Below, one piece after another: positions 10,856 to 25,153 of a DNA stretch of 64,000 nt. The notes under the pieces are model-generated. The model did no database searches, had not been told where the DNA came from, and saw only the letters and a list, made by a program, of their open reading frames with translations. How positions within the stretch are numbered: position 1 is the stretch's first letter; every line of letters starts with the position of its first letter. Location of the stretch: NCBI GenBank assembly GCA_050950825.1, contig JBMNIH010000007.1, positions 64,001-128,000 on the forward strand, read 5' to 3'. The stretch is from Clostridia bacterium. Lineage in GTDB: Bacteria > Bacillota > Clostridia > JAAYHZ01. Both the position numbers and the translations under genes were made by a program.

Positions 10856-13453
10856 TTGCAGGAAAATTTTTTACAGACGGGATTAACGGAACAGCAGGCC
10901 TTAGAAAGGTTGAATCGGTATGGTACCAATCAAATTAAAGAGCGGAAGAAAAAAAGACCGATTTTTCTCTTCTTCAATCAATTTGCCGATTTTATGACTT
11001 TAATTCTCTTGGCGGCAGCCGTTGCATCCATCTTTCTAGGGGAAGAGATCGAGGCTTTTGTCATCATTGCCATTGTGATTTTTAACGGTATATTGGGTTT
11101 TGTACAGGAATACAAGACGGAAAAGACAATGGATTCGTTAAAAGCCATGGCGGCACCTATGTCAAAGGTGAAAAGGGACGGAGCGGTTAAAACCATCGAA
11201 ACGAAATTTTTGGTACCGGGAGACCTTCTGGTGGTTGAAAGCGGCGATCGGATCGGTGCCGACGGTGAGCTGGTCGAATGTACGGATTTTAAGGTGGACG
11301 AATCCCTATTGACCGGCGAATCGGTACCGGTGTTCAAAACCGCCGATTCGAAGGGAGATAACCGCATATTTATGGGCACCGTTGCCGTGTCCGGCCACGG
11401 TATGGCTATTGTCACCGAAACCGGCAGCCGGACGGAAATGGGAAAGATAGCGGGAATGATATCCGAGTCCGACGACGAGAGCACGCCTCTTCAAAATCGA
11501 CTGGCTCGATTGGGCAAGTGGCTGGTTCTCGGCTGTTTGGGAATTTGCGCCGTCGTGGCCCTTATCGGCGTTTTAAACGGAGGCGATTGGCTGGATATGC
11601 TGCTTTCCGGCATCAGCTTAGCCGTAGCCGCCATACCGGAAGGACTGCCGGTGGTCGTCACCGTAGCCTTGGCCATCGGGGTGAATAAAATGGTGAAGGT
11701 AAATGCGTTGGCAAGAAAGCTTTCCGCCGTGGAAACATTGGGGAATACCCGCGTTATCTGTTCGGATAAGACCGGTACCATCACCGAAAACAAAATGACG
11801 GTAAAGCAAACGATACCGGATATAACGAAAATGAAGCCGGAGCTTGCTGCAAAAGGCTTGAAGGAAGAATACACCCAAGAAGACATCCTGTTTCTTACCT
11901 TCGCCTTATGCCACAATGTACATATCAATAATTCGAATAACAGGCTTGAATATTCCGGGGACCCTACCGAAATCGCCTTATTGGAATACATCGAAAAAAT
12001 TTATCCGGATCTTTTGAATATATTGAATAGATACAAACGAGTAGGAGAAATCTCTTTTGACTCCAATCGAAAATGCATGTCCGTTATTGTGGAAACAAAA
12101 GATCAACATAAAATTATGCTGACAAAAGGCAATCCGGATGTCATCATGTCCATGTCGGATCGCATTATGGATGGAAAAACGGTAAGACCCCTTACGGAAA
12201 AAGACAAGCAAAAGATGCAAAGGCACAACAAAGACCTTGCGTACCAAGGCATGCGGGTACTGGGTATTTGCTGGAAGACCGTATCCAAAATGACGGAAGC
12301 CACGGAATCCAAGATGATTTTTGCAGGTTTGGAGGCTATGGAGGATCTGCCTCGTGCCGGCGTAGATAAGTCGGTAGAGCTTTGCAAGAGAGCCGGCATT
12401 ACGGCGATCATGATAACGGGAGACCAACCGGGAACGGCGGCGGCCGTAGCCCGAAGAGTGGGCATTTTACCCGAGAACGGAAAAGTGGTCACCGGATCTC
12501 AATTACGGGGCTTAAGCCAAGAAGAACTGGATAAAATCACCGACAATACGTACGTGTATGCGGCGGTATCTCCTGCCGACAAATTGGAAATTGTAAGGTC
12601 CTTTAAACGAAAAGGATATGTTACGGCCATGACCGGTGACGGCGTGAACGATGCTCCCGCGTTAAAAGAAGCGGACATCGGAGTGGCCATGGGCATAAAC
12701 GGTACCGATGTTACCCGTGAAGCGGCGGACCTTGTTTTATTGGACGATAACTTCAATACCATTGTAACGGCCGTAAGAGAAGGAAGAATTATTTACCGAA
12801 ATATTCGGCGTTTCATCCGATATCTTTTGTCCTGCAACATCGGAGAGGTTTTGACCATGTTTGTAGCGGCTATCGCAGGATTTCCCATGCCTTTGGTTCC
12901 GATTCAGATCCTATGGGTTAACTTGGTGACCGACGGCTTCCCGGCGGTAGCGTTAGGCTTTGAACCCGGAGAAAAGGACGTAATGGACTGTCCTCCGGTT
13001 CCCAAGGATAGTGATATATTCTCGGATGGTTTGGGACGTAAAATCATATTCCGAGGAATCACCATCGGATTGGGCACCTTGTTTATCTATTGGTTGGTAC
13101 AATACATCGGAGGGGATTTGATAACGGCTCGAACGGCGGCCTTTGCCCATTTGGTCACCGCCCAGCTGGTTCATGTTTTGGAATGTAAAAGCGAAAGGGA
13201 GGGCATTACGGAAATCAATCTTTTCTCGAACAAAATTTTGCTTTTAGCTATTACCGTATCCTTCTTAATGCTGCTGACGGTTATATACATTCCTCCCCTT
13301 GCATACGTATTTTCCACCGCTCCTTTGCATTGGACCTATTGGTGCATCGTAATGGGAATATCGATATTACAGCCTTTTATCGTCATTAATGTACGCAATA
13401 CGCGGAGAAAAAGATTGAAACTAAAAAAGGCGAAAGCCGTACAACAGGTCTAA
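10856..13453 (+). CDS. cation-transporting P-type ATPase (P2A, Ca2+-type)
   Basis: TGES, PEGL, DKTGT, MITGD, GDGVND motifs; TTG at 10856 after GGAGGGAG. Confidence 0.92.
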   Translation: MQENFLQTGLTEQQALERLNRYGTNQIKERKKKRPIFLFFNQFADFMTLILLAAAVASIFLGEEIEAFVIIAIVIFNGILGFVQEYKTEKTMDSLKAMAAPMSKVKRDGAVKTIETKFLVPGDLLVVESGDRIGADGELVECTDFKVDESLLTGESVPVFKTADSKGDNRIFMGTVAVSGHGMAIVTETGSRTEMGKIAGMISESDDESTPLQNRLARLGKWLVLGCLGICAVVALIGVLNGGDWLDMLLSGISLAVAAIPEGLPVVVTVALAIGVNKMVKVNALARKLSAVETLGNTRVICSDKTGTITENKMTVKQTIPDITKMKPELAAKGLKEEYTQEDILFLTFALCHNVHINNSNNRLEYSGDPTEIALLEYIEKIYPDLLNILNRYKRVGEISFDSNRKCMSVIVETKDQHKIMLTKGNPDVIMSMSDRIMDGKTVRPLTEKDKQKMQRHNKDLAYQGMRVLGICWKTVSKMTEATESKMIFAGLEAMEDLPRAGVDKSVELCKRAGITAIMITGDQPGTAAAVARRVGILPENGKVVTGSQLRGLSQEELDKITDNTYVYAAVSPADKLEIVRSFKRKGYVTAMTGDGVNDAPALKEADIGVAMGINGTDVTREAADLVLLDDNFNTIVTAVREGRIIYRNIRRFIRYLLSCNIGEVLTMFVAAIAGFPMPLVPIQILWVNLVTDGFPAVALGFEPGEKDVMDCPPVPKDSDIFSDGLGRKIIFRGITIGLGTLFIYWLVQYIGGDLITARTAAFAHLVTAQLVHVLECKSEREGITEINLFSNKILLLAITVSFLMLLTVIYIPPLAYVFSTAPLHWTYWCIVMGISILQPFIVINVRNTRRKRLKLKKAKAVQQV

Positions 13454-13460
13454 GAATGTG

Positions 13461-13492
13461 AAAGTCCGTAAGGTGTGCGCTTTACGGACTTT
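13461..13492. terminator. hairpin terminator between convergent genes
   Basis: AAAGTCCGTAA/TTACGGACTTT inverted repeat. Confidence 0.7.
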
Positions 13493-13493
13493 G

Positions 13494-14912
13494 CTATTTT
13501 ACCGGAATTTTGACAATAAATTCGGTTCCTATGTTTAAGGTACTTTTAACGGTGATTTTCCCCCCATGGGCCAAAACGATGATTTTTGCCAATGCAAGAC
13601 CCAACCCGTGGCTTTTGCTTTCCGCTTCCTTCGATCCGCGGTTTCTTGAATAGAAGCGGTCGAAAATTTTCGGAAGCTCCTCTTTCGGAATCCCGGGACC
13701 GTTGTCGGCGATGGACACGCATGCAAAATTACCCTCAAGAAAAACCGAAAGGGTGATGACGCCATTGCTTCCCGTGTATTTGACGGCATTATCCATGATA
13801 ATACGGTAGGCCTCCTTGATTCTGTTTTTATCCGCCGTTACAACGGGACTTGCAAAAGGTTTGAAAACGAATTGCTTTTTCGGTGCAATCAATGAAAACT
13901 CCTTGATAAGATCCGAAACTAGCGATGACAGATCAAAGGGAGTTTTCTCCAATTGAAATGTGGATTTATCCGATCGTGCTATAAAAAGAAGCTTTTCCAC
14001 CAAGTCCTTCATGTTTTCCGTTTCTTCCATGATGGCTTCGATGGCTTCCTCCATCACCTTCGGATCGTTTTTTCCCCATCGGTTCAGCATATGGGCATAT
14101 CCTTGGATGACGGATATGGGCGTTCTCAATTCATGAGAGGCGTCGGACACAAACTGTTTTTGCTTTTGATAGGAAGCTTCAATGGAGTCCATCATTTGAT
14201 TAAAGGATTGGGCAATCTCCTTCAGCTCGTATTTGCAATCGGTGACATTGATTCGAGAGGTCATGTTGCTTTCGGATATTTGCCTTAGGGTTTGGCTTAA
14301 TTCCCGAAGAGGCGACAATAGATTTTTAGCTACCTTTGAGGATCGGTACCCGATAAGAAGAATAATGACCAGCAAGGAGACGGCCAGTATTTTCAATATG
14401 GACAAACCGGACAAAACGTAAAAAGAAACGTCGATATACAGGTTGGCGTGATAGGTTTGCTCTCCGACTCTGACCGCATAGGGCAAGGACAAATAATAGC
14501 TTTGTCCCGTATGGAATGCGTAAGGTATGGGCAGGTATTCTTTCGCGATAAAAGAATCGGGATATTCGTATACTCTTTGGTTTTTATTATTGTATATACG
14601 GATGGATATGTTCTCGGTACGACAGAATTCCTCTATGTCTTTCGTTTCTTCGATTCGAAGAGAACGAGTAAAATCATGGTACCTTGAAAAAGGGATGTTT
14701 TTTGAAAATACCAAGATCATCCCCACGATTACCGCTATGACCGCCAAAACGGAATATTGAAGCAAAAGCCTCATATTCTGCAGAGTGATTCGAAAGGATA
14801 TGGAAAAGCGGGTTTTCAATCCTAAATTTTTAATGGCATTAAAAGGATAGCTTATAACCGCAAAGAGCTTTGCTTTGGCGGTCTTTTTGTTTACGGGCGT
14901 TTTATTGTTCAT
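13494..14912 (-). CDS. HAMP-domain sensor histidine kinase (ArlS-like)
   Basis: SDASHELRTP H-box, DNAVKY, DNGPGI, GLGL; two TM segments. Confidence 0.92.
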   Translation of the reverse strand: MNNKTPVNKKTAKAKLFAVISYPFNAIKNLGLKTRFSISFRITLQNMRLLLQYSVLAVIAVIVGMILVFSKNIPFSRYHDFTRSLRIEETKDIEEFCRTENISIRIYNNKNQRVYEYPDSFIAKEYLPIPYAFHTGQSYYLSLPYAVRVGEQTYHANLYIDVSFYVLSGLSILKILAVSLLVIILLIGYRSSKVAKNLLSPLRELSQTLRQISESNMTSRINVTDCKYELKEIAQSFNQMMDSIEASYQKQKQFVSDASHELRTPISVIQGYAHMLNRWGKNDPKVMEEAIEAIMEETENMKDLVEKLLFIARSDKSTFQLEKTPFDLSSLVSDLIKEFSLIAPKKQFVFKPFASPVVTADKNRIKEAYRIIMDNAVKYTGSNGVITLSVFLEGNFACVSIADNGPGIPKEELPKIFDRFYSRNRGSKEAESKSHGLGLALAKIIVLAHGGKITVKSTLNIGTEFIVKIPVK

Positions 14913-15588
14913 CGGCTATTCTGTAACCTACCCCTCGGACCGTTTCAATAATGGAAACATGGAAACGGTTGTCGATTTTGTCTCTTAAATATTTAATATA
15001 AACGTCGGTAATGTTGGTATTGCCTCCGTATTGGTATCCCCATACTCCTTCGAGGAGCCGGTCCCTTGTTAAAACGATGTTTTTGTTCTTTAGTAAATAC
15101 TCCAAAAGGTCGAATTCCGTTTTTGAAAGCTCAACGGGATGACCGTCGTATTTAACGACGCGGGTACCGGGATTCAAGGTCAGCAGCCCTACGGATAAGA
15201 CATTCTCTTCCGGTTTTGTTTTCGGCAAGGAACGCTTCAACGCTACACGGATACGGGCTAAAAGCTCTTCAATAGCGAAAGGCTTGGTTAAATAATCGTC
15301 GGCGCCCATATCCAGTCCCATGACCTTATCCGATACGTCGTCTTTGGCGGTCAGCATAATAACGGGGACTTGGGAAACCTTCCGAAGTCTTCGGCACACC
15401 TCGATACCGCTTAAGCCGGGCAGCATCAAATCCAGTATGACCAAGTCAATATCCGGCTCACAGGCCATTTCATAGCCCTTCAGCCCGTCGTATGCCACTT
15501 TTACGGCGTATCCTTCATGCTCCAATTCCAGCTGTAAAAATCGGGCGATTTTTTGCTCGTCTTCGATTATTAAGATGGTTTTTTTCAT
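14902..15588 (-). CDS. OmpR-family response regulator (ArlR-like)
   Basis: ILDLMLP, GADDYLTKPF, ETVRGVGY; overlaps kinase start. Confidence 0.93.
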   Translation of the reverse strand: MKKTILIIEDEQKIARFLQLELEHEGYAVKVAYDGLKGYEMACEPDIDLVILDLMLPGLSGIEVCRRLRKVSQVPVIMLTAKDDVSDKVMGLDMGADDYLTKPFAIEELLARIRVALKRSLPKTKPEENVLSVGLLTLNPGTRVVKYDGHPVELSKTEFDLLEYLLKNKNIVLTRDRLLEGVWGYQYGGNTNITDVYIKYLRDKIDNRFHVSIIETVRGVGYRIADEQ

Positions 15589-15681
15589 TTTTCATCCTCT
15601 CGCTCTTTTTCGTTCTTCCATCATTATATCAAGACTTTTTATCGTTTTTATGCAAATATGAAAAAGGAGAATACGGGAAAA

Positions 15682-15703
15682 GGCAAAAGAATTCTCTTTT
15701 GCC
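15682..15703 (-). terminator. probable terminator after the DUF4342-like genes
   Basis: GGCAAAAGA/TCTTTTGCC stem followed by TTTT on minus strand. Confidence 0.5.
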
Positions 15704-15744
15704 CGGGGTCGAGTGTTACATCCTTTCTTCCGTATTCTCTTTTG

Positions 15745-16236
15745 CTACTCCACCGTGTATTCATTCGGCTTATTGTCTTGGTCGCTTTTGCTTTCCGGTT
15801 GATGAGGTCCGTGATTTTGATGATACGTGTGGACGCTCTTGGATGCGTCGTTGAAAAACTTGTTAATATCCACGTGGGAGCCGGTATATTTCTGAATACC
15901 GAACCGGTATCCCAAAAGCAAAGCGATAACGAAGCTGATGATGATAATCGGCAAGGACCGTAACGTGAAGAGGACGAACAAACCGACAAACAGCAGCGAC
16001 AGGTTCAAGATAACGGTGTTGTTATTCTCCACAACCAGCCTTGTGCGATAGGCTTTTGAAAAGAAATCCTTGAATTTGGAGCTTTTCGCTTCGTACTTCA
16101 CTTTACCGTGATTTTTTTCGAAATCCACGATGGCATCCACGATATCGCCGTTATTTCTTTCTAAATACATTTTCGCTTCCTCGTAACTGCAATTGGTTCT
16201 TTTTCTGAACTGATCAATCATTTCCATAGTAATCAT
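15745..16236 (-). CDS. DUF4342-like membrane protein with N-terminal UBA/EF-Ts-like helical domain
   Basis: MITMEMIDQFRKRTNCSYEEAK..L....GDIVDAI start, hydrophobic hairpin; paralog of neighbour. Confidence 0.75.
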   Translation of the reverse strand: MITMEMIDQFRKRTNCSYEEAKMYLERNNGDIVDAIVDFEKNHGKVKYEAKSSKFKDFFSKAYRTRLVVENNNTVILNLSLLFVGLFVLFTLRSLPIIIISFVIALLLGYRFGIQKYTGSHVDINKFFNDASKSVHTYHQNHGPHQPESKSDQDNKPNEYTVE

Positions 16237-16278
16237 ATGCATACCACTTCCTTTAATAATTTTTAAGATCCTTTAAGC

Positions 16279-16698
16279 TTATTGTCCTTCTTGGTTTCTC
16301 GTATCGGTGATACTCGATACGATCTCGTTAATGCGTACTTCCGCACCCGTATGCTTTTTGATACTGATTTTGCATCCGAGAAGCAGGGCGACCAATAAAC
16401 TTACGAGTATCACCGGGAATACCGGCAATGTGAGGAGGACCAATATGCCTAAAACCAATACCGATAGGTTTAGTACGGTAGAGCCGTTGTGTTCGATGAC
16501 AAACTTCGTTTGGTTTGCCTTTTTGAAAAAGTCTCCTGCGGTTGACTTCTTATCGTTTTTAATTTTGCTGTGAACTCTTTCATAATCCACAACAGCTTCC
16601 ACCAAATCTCCGTTGTTGCGTTCAAGAAACAATTTTGCTTCTTGGTAGCTGCAACCGGTTCTTTTCCTGAATTCATCAATCATTTCCATTGTAATCAT
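16279..16698 (-). CDS. DUF4342-like membrane protein with N-terminal UBA/EF-Ts-like helical domain
   Basis: MITMEMIDEFRKRTGCSYQEAK start; GAGGTG RBS; paralog of 15745-16236. Confidence 0.75.
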   Translation of the reverse strand: MITMEMIDEFRKRTGCSYQEAKLFLERNNGDLVEAVVDYERVHSKIKNDKKSTAGDFFKKANQTKFVIEHNGSTVLNLSVLVLGILVLLTLPVFPVILVSLLVALLLGCKISIKKHTGAEVRINEIVSSITDTRNQEGQ

Positions 16699-16740
16699 TT
16701 ATGAACACCTCTTTTTTGATGTATTTGCTTTGTTAATTAC

Positions 16741-16795
16741 ATCATACGGAGGTACTATTAGTTTACCATAAGATGAATATTAGAATTTAATGAGA
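16741..16795 (-). promoter_or_regulatory. promoter with three 11-bp-phased direct repeats (OmpR-family binding site candidate)
   Basis: Minus strand TCTCA-N6-TCTAA-N6-TCTTA over the -35 region, -10 TATGAT at 16741-16746. Confidence 0.5.
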
Positions 16796-16882
16796 AAATA
16801 ATAATGAAAGGATGAATTCTTTTTGAAGAAAATGAGAGGTTAAATGTAGATGAATATCCGGAAAATACATGTGAAAAACGGG

Positions 16883-16999
16883 TTGACTTTTGTCCTTTTT
16901 ACGTGTTAATATAGCCGAGCCGTCCGGGAAAAGCGGAAAAGGAGCCTTTTAAAAAAGTTTTAAAAAGGCCTTGACAGTCCCGACGGAAAATGCTAATAT
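16883..16999 (+). promoter_or_regulatory. tandem rrn promoters P1/P2
   Basis: TTGACT-N18-TAATAT (16883-16912) and TTGACA-N17-TAATAT (16971-16999), both with TG extension. Confidence 0.8.
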
Positions 17000-17190
17000 G
17001 ACAAAGCTGTCGTTTGAGACGGCACAGAACCTTGAAAAATGAACAGTGTATTGAACCCGTCAAACTTAAGCTTGAAAAAGCGAGAGTTTAACATTTAAAA
17101 GTAAATCCAAAGTGCGAAATAAATCGCACGGGACAAAAAGTCTAAAAAAAGACAGGACAAACAAGAGACCCGAAAAAGGGTTTGAAGATT

Positions 17191-18737
<1,547 letters not shown>

Positions 18738-18824
18738 AGATTGACGACGGAAGAAATTTCGCCGTAATCGTATAAGGTCGATTGACGGTTCAATACACTG
18801 TAAATTCATCGAGGTTCTTTTTAC

Positions 18825-18900
18825 GGGGGTATAGCTCAGTTGGGAGAGCACCTGCCTTGCAAGCAGGGGGTCAAGAGTTCGAATCTCTTTATCTCCACCA
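18825..18900 (+). tRNA. tRNA-Ala(TGC) in the 16S-23S spacer
   Basis: 76-nt cloverleaf GGGGGTATAGCTCAG...TTGCA...TTCGAAT...CCACCA. Confidence 0.97.
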
Positions 18901-19157
18901 AAAGCGCGCAAGCGATCGCACCTTGAAAACTGCATAATGCGTCAAAAGGTTCCATGAGAATGGAACCGCGACAAAAAAGAAGACAAAGAGAGTTAAAACG
19001 AGAAGCCGAAATAAAAAACGGTAACGAGTGACTCACTGAGTCTGCAATTTTATCGAAAACGACAAAAAAACAATGCTGAAACAATGCTAAAAAAATAATC
19101 AGGAAAAGCGACGAGCTTGGGACAATCAACCTATATGAAATGATGGACCAAAGGAAA

Positions 19158-22079
<2,922 letters not shown>

Positions 22080-22156
22080 AGGTCGTCGCTGAAGAAAAAA
22101 AGACGTATTATGCAGTTTTGAGGGTGCGATAAAAAGCGCGCGAAGAGAATAAAGAT

Positions 22157-22273
22157 TTTCGGTGGCAATAACGAGAAGGACCCACCCGTTCCCATCCCGA
22201 ACACGGCAGTTAAGCTTCTCGGTGCTGAAAATACCGGGGCATGGCGCCTCGGGAAGATAGGTCGCTGCCGGAA
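22157..22273 (+). rRNA. rrf: 5S rRNA
   Basis: TTCGGTGGC...CCCATCCCGAACAC...GCTGCCGGAA, about 117 nt. Confidence 0.95.
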
Positions 22274-22280
22274 TTATACG

Positions 22281-22316
22281 AATCCCGCATCCGAACAAGA
22301 TGCGGGTTTCTTTTTC
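22281..22316 (+). terminator. rrn operon terminator
   Basis: CCCGCATC/GATGCGGG stem followed by a T-run. Confidence 0.85.
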
Positions 22317-22333
22317 TTGAAAATATGTGCATT

Positions 22334-22360
22334 AAAAAAGCGGGAGCTTTGTCCCGCTTT
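22334..22360 (-). terminator. terminator of the ABC transporter operon
   Basis: AAAGCGGGA/TCCCGCTTT stem, T-run on minus strand. Confidence 0.75.
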
Positions 22361-22373
22361 ATCATTATGTATG

Positions 22374-24569
22374 TTATTCCGACATTTTCAACTGCGCAGC
22401 CACCAATCCGTAGTAGATTCCTTTCAGGTCCATAAGCTCTTTATGGGTACCCAGCTCGGCCTTTTTCCCTTTATCGATAACCATCAAGCGATCGGCAAAT
22501 TTTAAGGTGGAAAGCCTGTGGGCGATGGCGATGGTGGTTCTGCCTTTGACCAATCGTCTCAATGCTTCTTGTATCTTCAGCTCCGTATTGGTGTCCAAGG
22601 AAGAAGTGGCTTCATCCAGTATGAGGATACGGGGATTGGACAAAATGGCTCGCGCTATGGCTATACGCTGGCGTTCGCCTCCGGATACGCGGTGTCCTCT
22701 TTCGCCTACCAAGGTGTCGTATCCGTCCGGAAGCTTTATGATAAAGTCGTGGGCATTGGCCAGCTTGCAGGCGAGGATAATCTCTTCAAAGGTGGCATCG
22801 GGTTTGGAGTAGCGGACGTTTTCCAGTATGGAGCCGGAGAAGAGGAAGGTTTCCTGCAGAACGACGCCGATCTGCCTGTTTAAATCCTCTTTCTTTATAT
22901 GGCGAAGATCGATGCCGTCGATTTTGATTGATCCCTCGTCCACGTCGTATAGACGCATGACAAGATTGATGAACGTGGATTTACCGGCACCGGAATGTCC
23001 CACCAATCCTAACATTTCACCGGGTTTGATGGTAATATTGATGTTTTCCAAAACCGGTTCGTAGGATTGGTAGCCGAAGGTAACGTTGTCGAAGGTAATT
23101 TCACCTTGGATTTCGTGACTTACGGCATTAGGCGCTTCCTTTATATCCGGATCCTGTTCAATGACGTCGAAAATTCTTTCCGTTGATGTGGCAACCATGG
23201 AAATGGCTCTCGGGAAGAAACTGATCATGTTTAAAGGACCGTATAGCATATTGGCGTAGGACGTAAACTGGACCAATTCCCCGATCTTCATGGTTCCGTC
23301 CAGTACCATTCGTCCCCCGATCAGCATGATGAAGAAGCTTCCGATACCCATGACGAACATTAATCCCGGGAACAAGGTCTGCCATGTCTTTTCGTTGTAC
23401 ACGGTTATATCGGCGAGCTTTTTGCTTTCCTTTTGAAATTGGCTGACGGCATATTTTTCTTTCCCGAAGGATTTTACTACGCGAATACCCGAGATGATAT
23501 CCTGCAGCAGGGAGTTTGCACGGTCGCTTTGTCTCCATTCTCTTCGATACAGCATCCAAATGAACCTTCGGAACAGCCGCATGACAATCAAAATGAAGGG
23601 AACCGGGATCAGCACGATCAAGGCCAGCTTCCAGTTAAAGGAGAACATAATGATCAATATCCCTACCATGGTGAGAAGCTCGTTGACGACGTTCGGTGCC
23701 GTGCTTACCATGAAGTTGGAGATTCGATCGGTATCTCCCGTGATTCTGTTCATCAAGTCTCCGGTTTTTCTTTTTCCGATGTAGCCTAAGGACAAGGACT
23801 GTATCTTTTCATATACCATTTCCCGCAGGTCCTTGGCCATTTCGGCACCGGCCTTGGCCATGACGCGGCCGCGGATAATCGTAAGGAGCGAGTTGGAAAC
23901 CATAATCACGGCCATTAACCCTACCAAAAGCAGCATCCCTTTCACGTCGGGAGTTACGGTCTTGTCTTGAACGTTGATATAGTTGTCGATCAACGATCTC
24001 GAAATTTGGGGGTTAATCAACCTTAAAGCGGTTATGGCGATAAAAATGACCGAAACGATGACGTACAGATACCATTTGGAAGCCGCGATGGTCATCAATT
24101 TCCGAAACATATCCCCTTTATTGATACAAGACGGGCATACGTTCGTACCTTGGGCATAGGTCCTGCCGCATTTCGGGCAAATATTGTCTTCGTCCGTAGA
24201 GACGATTTTCGATTCGCCAAGAGTCAGGATTTGGTTCAACGCTCGGGCAATAAACTTAAATCTTGGCACATATCTCATGGAGAAACGAGCGAGAATATAG
24301 CTTTCTCCGTCGTTTTTCCTTCCGATGAGAATTCCGTCCCCTACCTCTGCCGTACTTTCAAAGGATTCATAATCTTGAATACGGTACACTTCCGGTGTTT
24401 CTTTCAACGAAAGATAGAGGATATAGTCACGGGTGACGGCTACATAACCGTCGGAGAAGGTACCTGCAATATTTAAATCCACAGGAACGCAATACAGAAG
24501 GGTTTTGCCCATCAAAAGGTCGGGATACTTCTTTTTGATCTCTATTGGGAGCTCGTAAATAAGCTTCAA
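22374..24569 (-). CDS. ABC exporter (TMD-NBD) with N-terminal extension and Zn ribbon
   Basis: GHSGAGKST, VSGGERQR, ILDEAT, AHRL; CPKC-x10-CPSC before the TMD. Confidence 0.92.
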   Translation of the reverse strand: MKLIYELPIEIKKKYPDLLMGKTLLYCVPVDLNIAGTFSDGYVAVTRDYILYLSLKETPEVYRIQDYESFESTAEVGDGILIGRKNDGESYILARFSMRYVPRFKFIARALNQILTLGESKIVSTDEDNICPKCGRTYAQGTNVCPSCINKGDMFRKLMTIAASKWYLYVIVSVIFIAITALRLINPQISRSLIDNYINVQDKTVTPDVKGMLLLVGLMAVIMVSNSLLTIIRGRVMAKAGAEMAKDLREMVYEKIQSLSLGYIGKRKTGDLMNRITGDTDRISNFMVSTAPNVVNELLTMVGILIIMFSFNWKLALIVLIPVPFILIVMRLFRRFIWMLYRREWRQSDRANSLLQDIISGIRVVKSFGKEKYAVSQFQKESKKLADITVYNEKTWQTLFPGLMFVMGIGSFFIMLIGGRMVLDGTMKIGELVQFTSYANMLYGPLNMISFFPRAISMVATSTERIFDVIEQDPDIKEAPNAVSHEIQGEITFDNVTFGYQSYEPVLENINITIKPGEMLGLVGHSGAGKSTFINLVMRLYDVDEGSIKIDGIDLRHIKKEDLNRQIGVVLQETFLFSGSILENVRYSKPDATFEEIILACKLANAHDFIIKLPDGYDTLVGERGHRVSGGERQRIAIARAILSNPRILILDEATSSLDTNTELKIQEALRRLVKGRTTIAIAHRLSTLKFADRLMVIDKGKKAELGTHKELMDLKGIYYGLVAAQLKMSE

Positions 24570-24583
24570 AGAAAAAACACCTC

Positions 24584-25153
24584 CTAGATAATTGCGCCGA
24601 TAGTTTTCAAATGTTTCGAGTCGAGCTTGGTAACGTCATTGATTTTGTAACGGTTGCCGTCCACGTCGATGATAAGCAAACGAATCTCTTCGATGGTTTT
24701 CATATTGCTGTGACCTCCTTGTACGGTAAACTTGCGAGGTCCCGCCGTGGTAACCACATCCCAGTAGTAATATCCGAACTCCTCTTTGATGCTGTTGATC
24801 TTAATTATTTCCGGGGTGAAGTACCGTACCGATAATTCCTCCTCTACCAAATTGCGCTGTTCTTCGGGAAATTCGTTCAAGTCCAGTATGAACCCGATTT
24901 CGTTCATCTTACTGTCGCTGACCGATATGTATTGATTCGGTCTTGTAAAAGGGAACGCTCTATGAATATTGATTCTCTTGTATTCCTTATCCTCGTATTT
25001 TAATGTTAAGAAACCGCCCGGGGATTTACTGAATACGGCTTTATTGGGATCGATGTATTTTAACCTTGTGTATTCCTGCAATCCTTCGTCTACCGCATTT
25101 TCCGTGTTTTCCGGCGAAATTTCATTCTTTTCTAAATACTCTAAATTCGTCAT
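24584..25153 (-). CDS. DUF1854 family protein
   Basis: RAFPFT.P..YIS, EIG.I.DL, RYF.PEI, W.V.T..G, IIDVDGNRY motifs; lies between two ABC exporters. Confidence 0.8.
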   Translation of the reverse strand: MTNLEYLEKNEISPENTENAVDEGLQEYTRLKYIDPNKAVFSKSPGGFLTLKYEDKEYKRINIHRAFPFTRPNQYISVSDSKMNEIGFILDLNEFPEEQRNLVEEELSVRYFTPEIIKINSIKEEFGYYYWDVVTTAGPRKFTVQGGHSNMKTIEEIRLLIIDVDGNRYKINDVTKLDSKHLKTIGAII

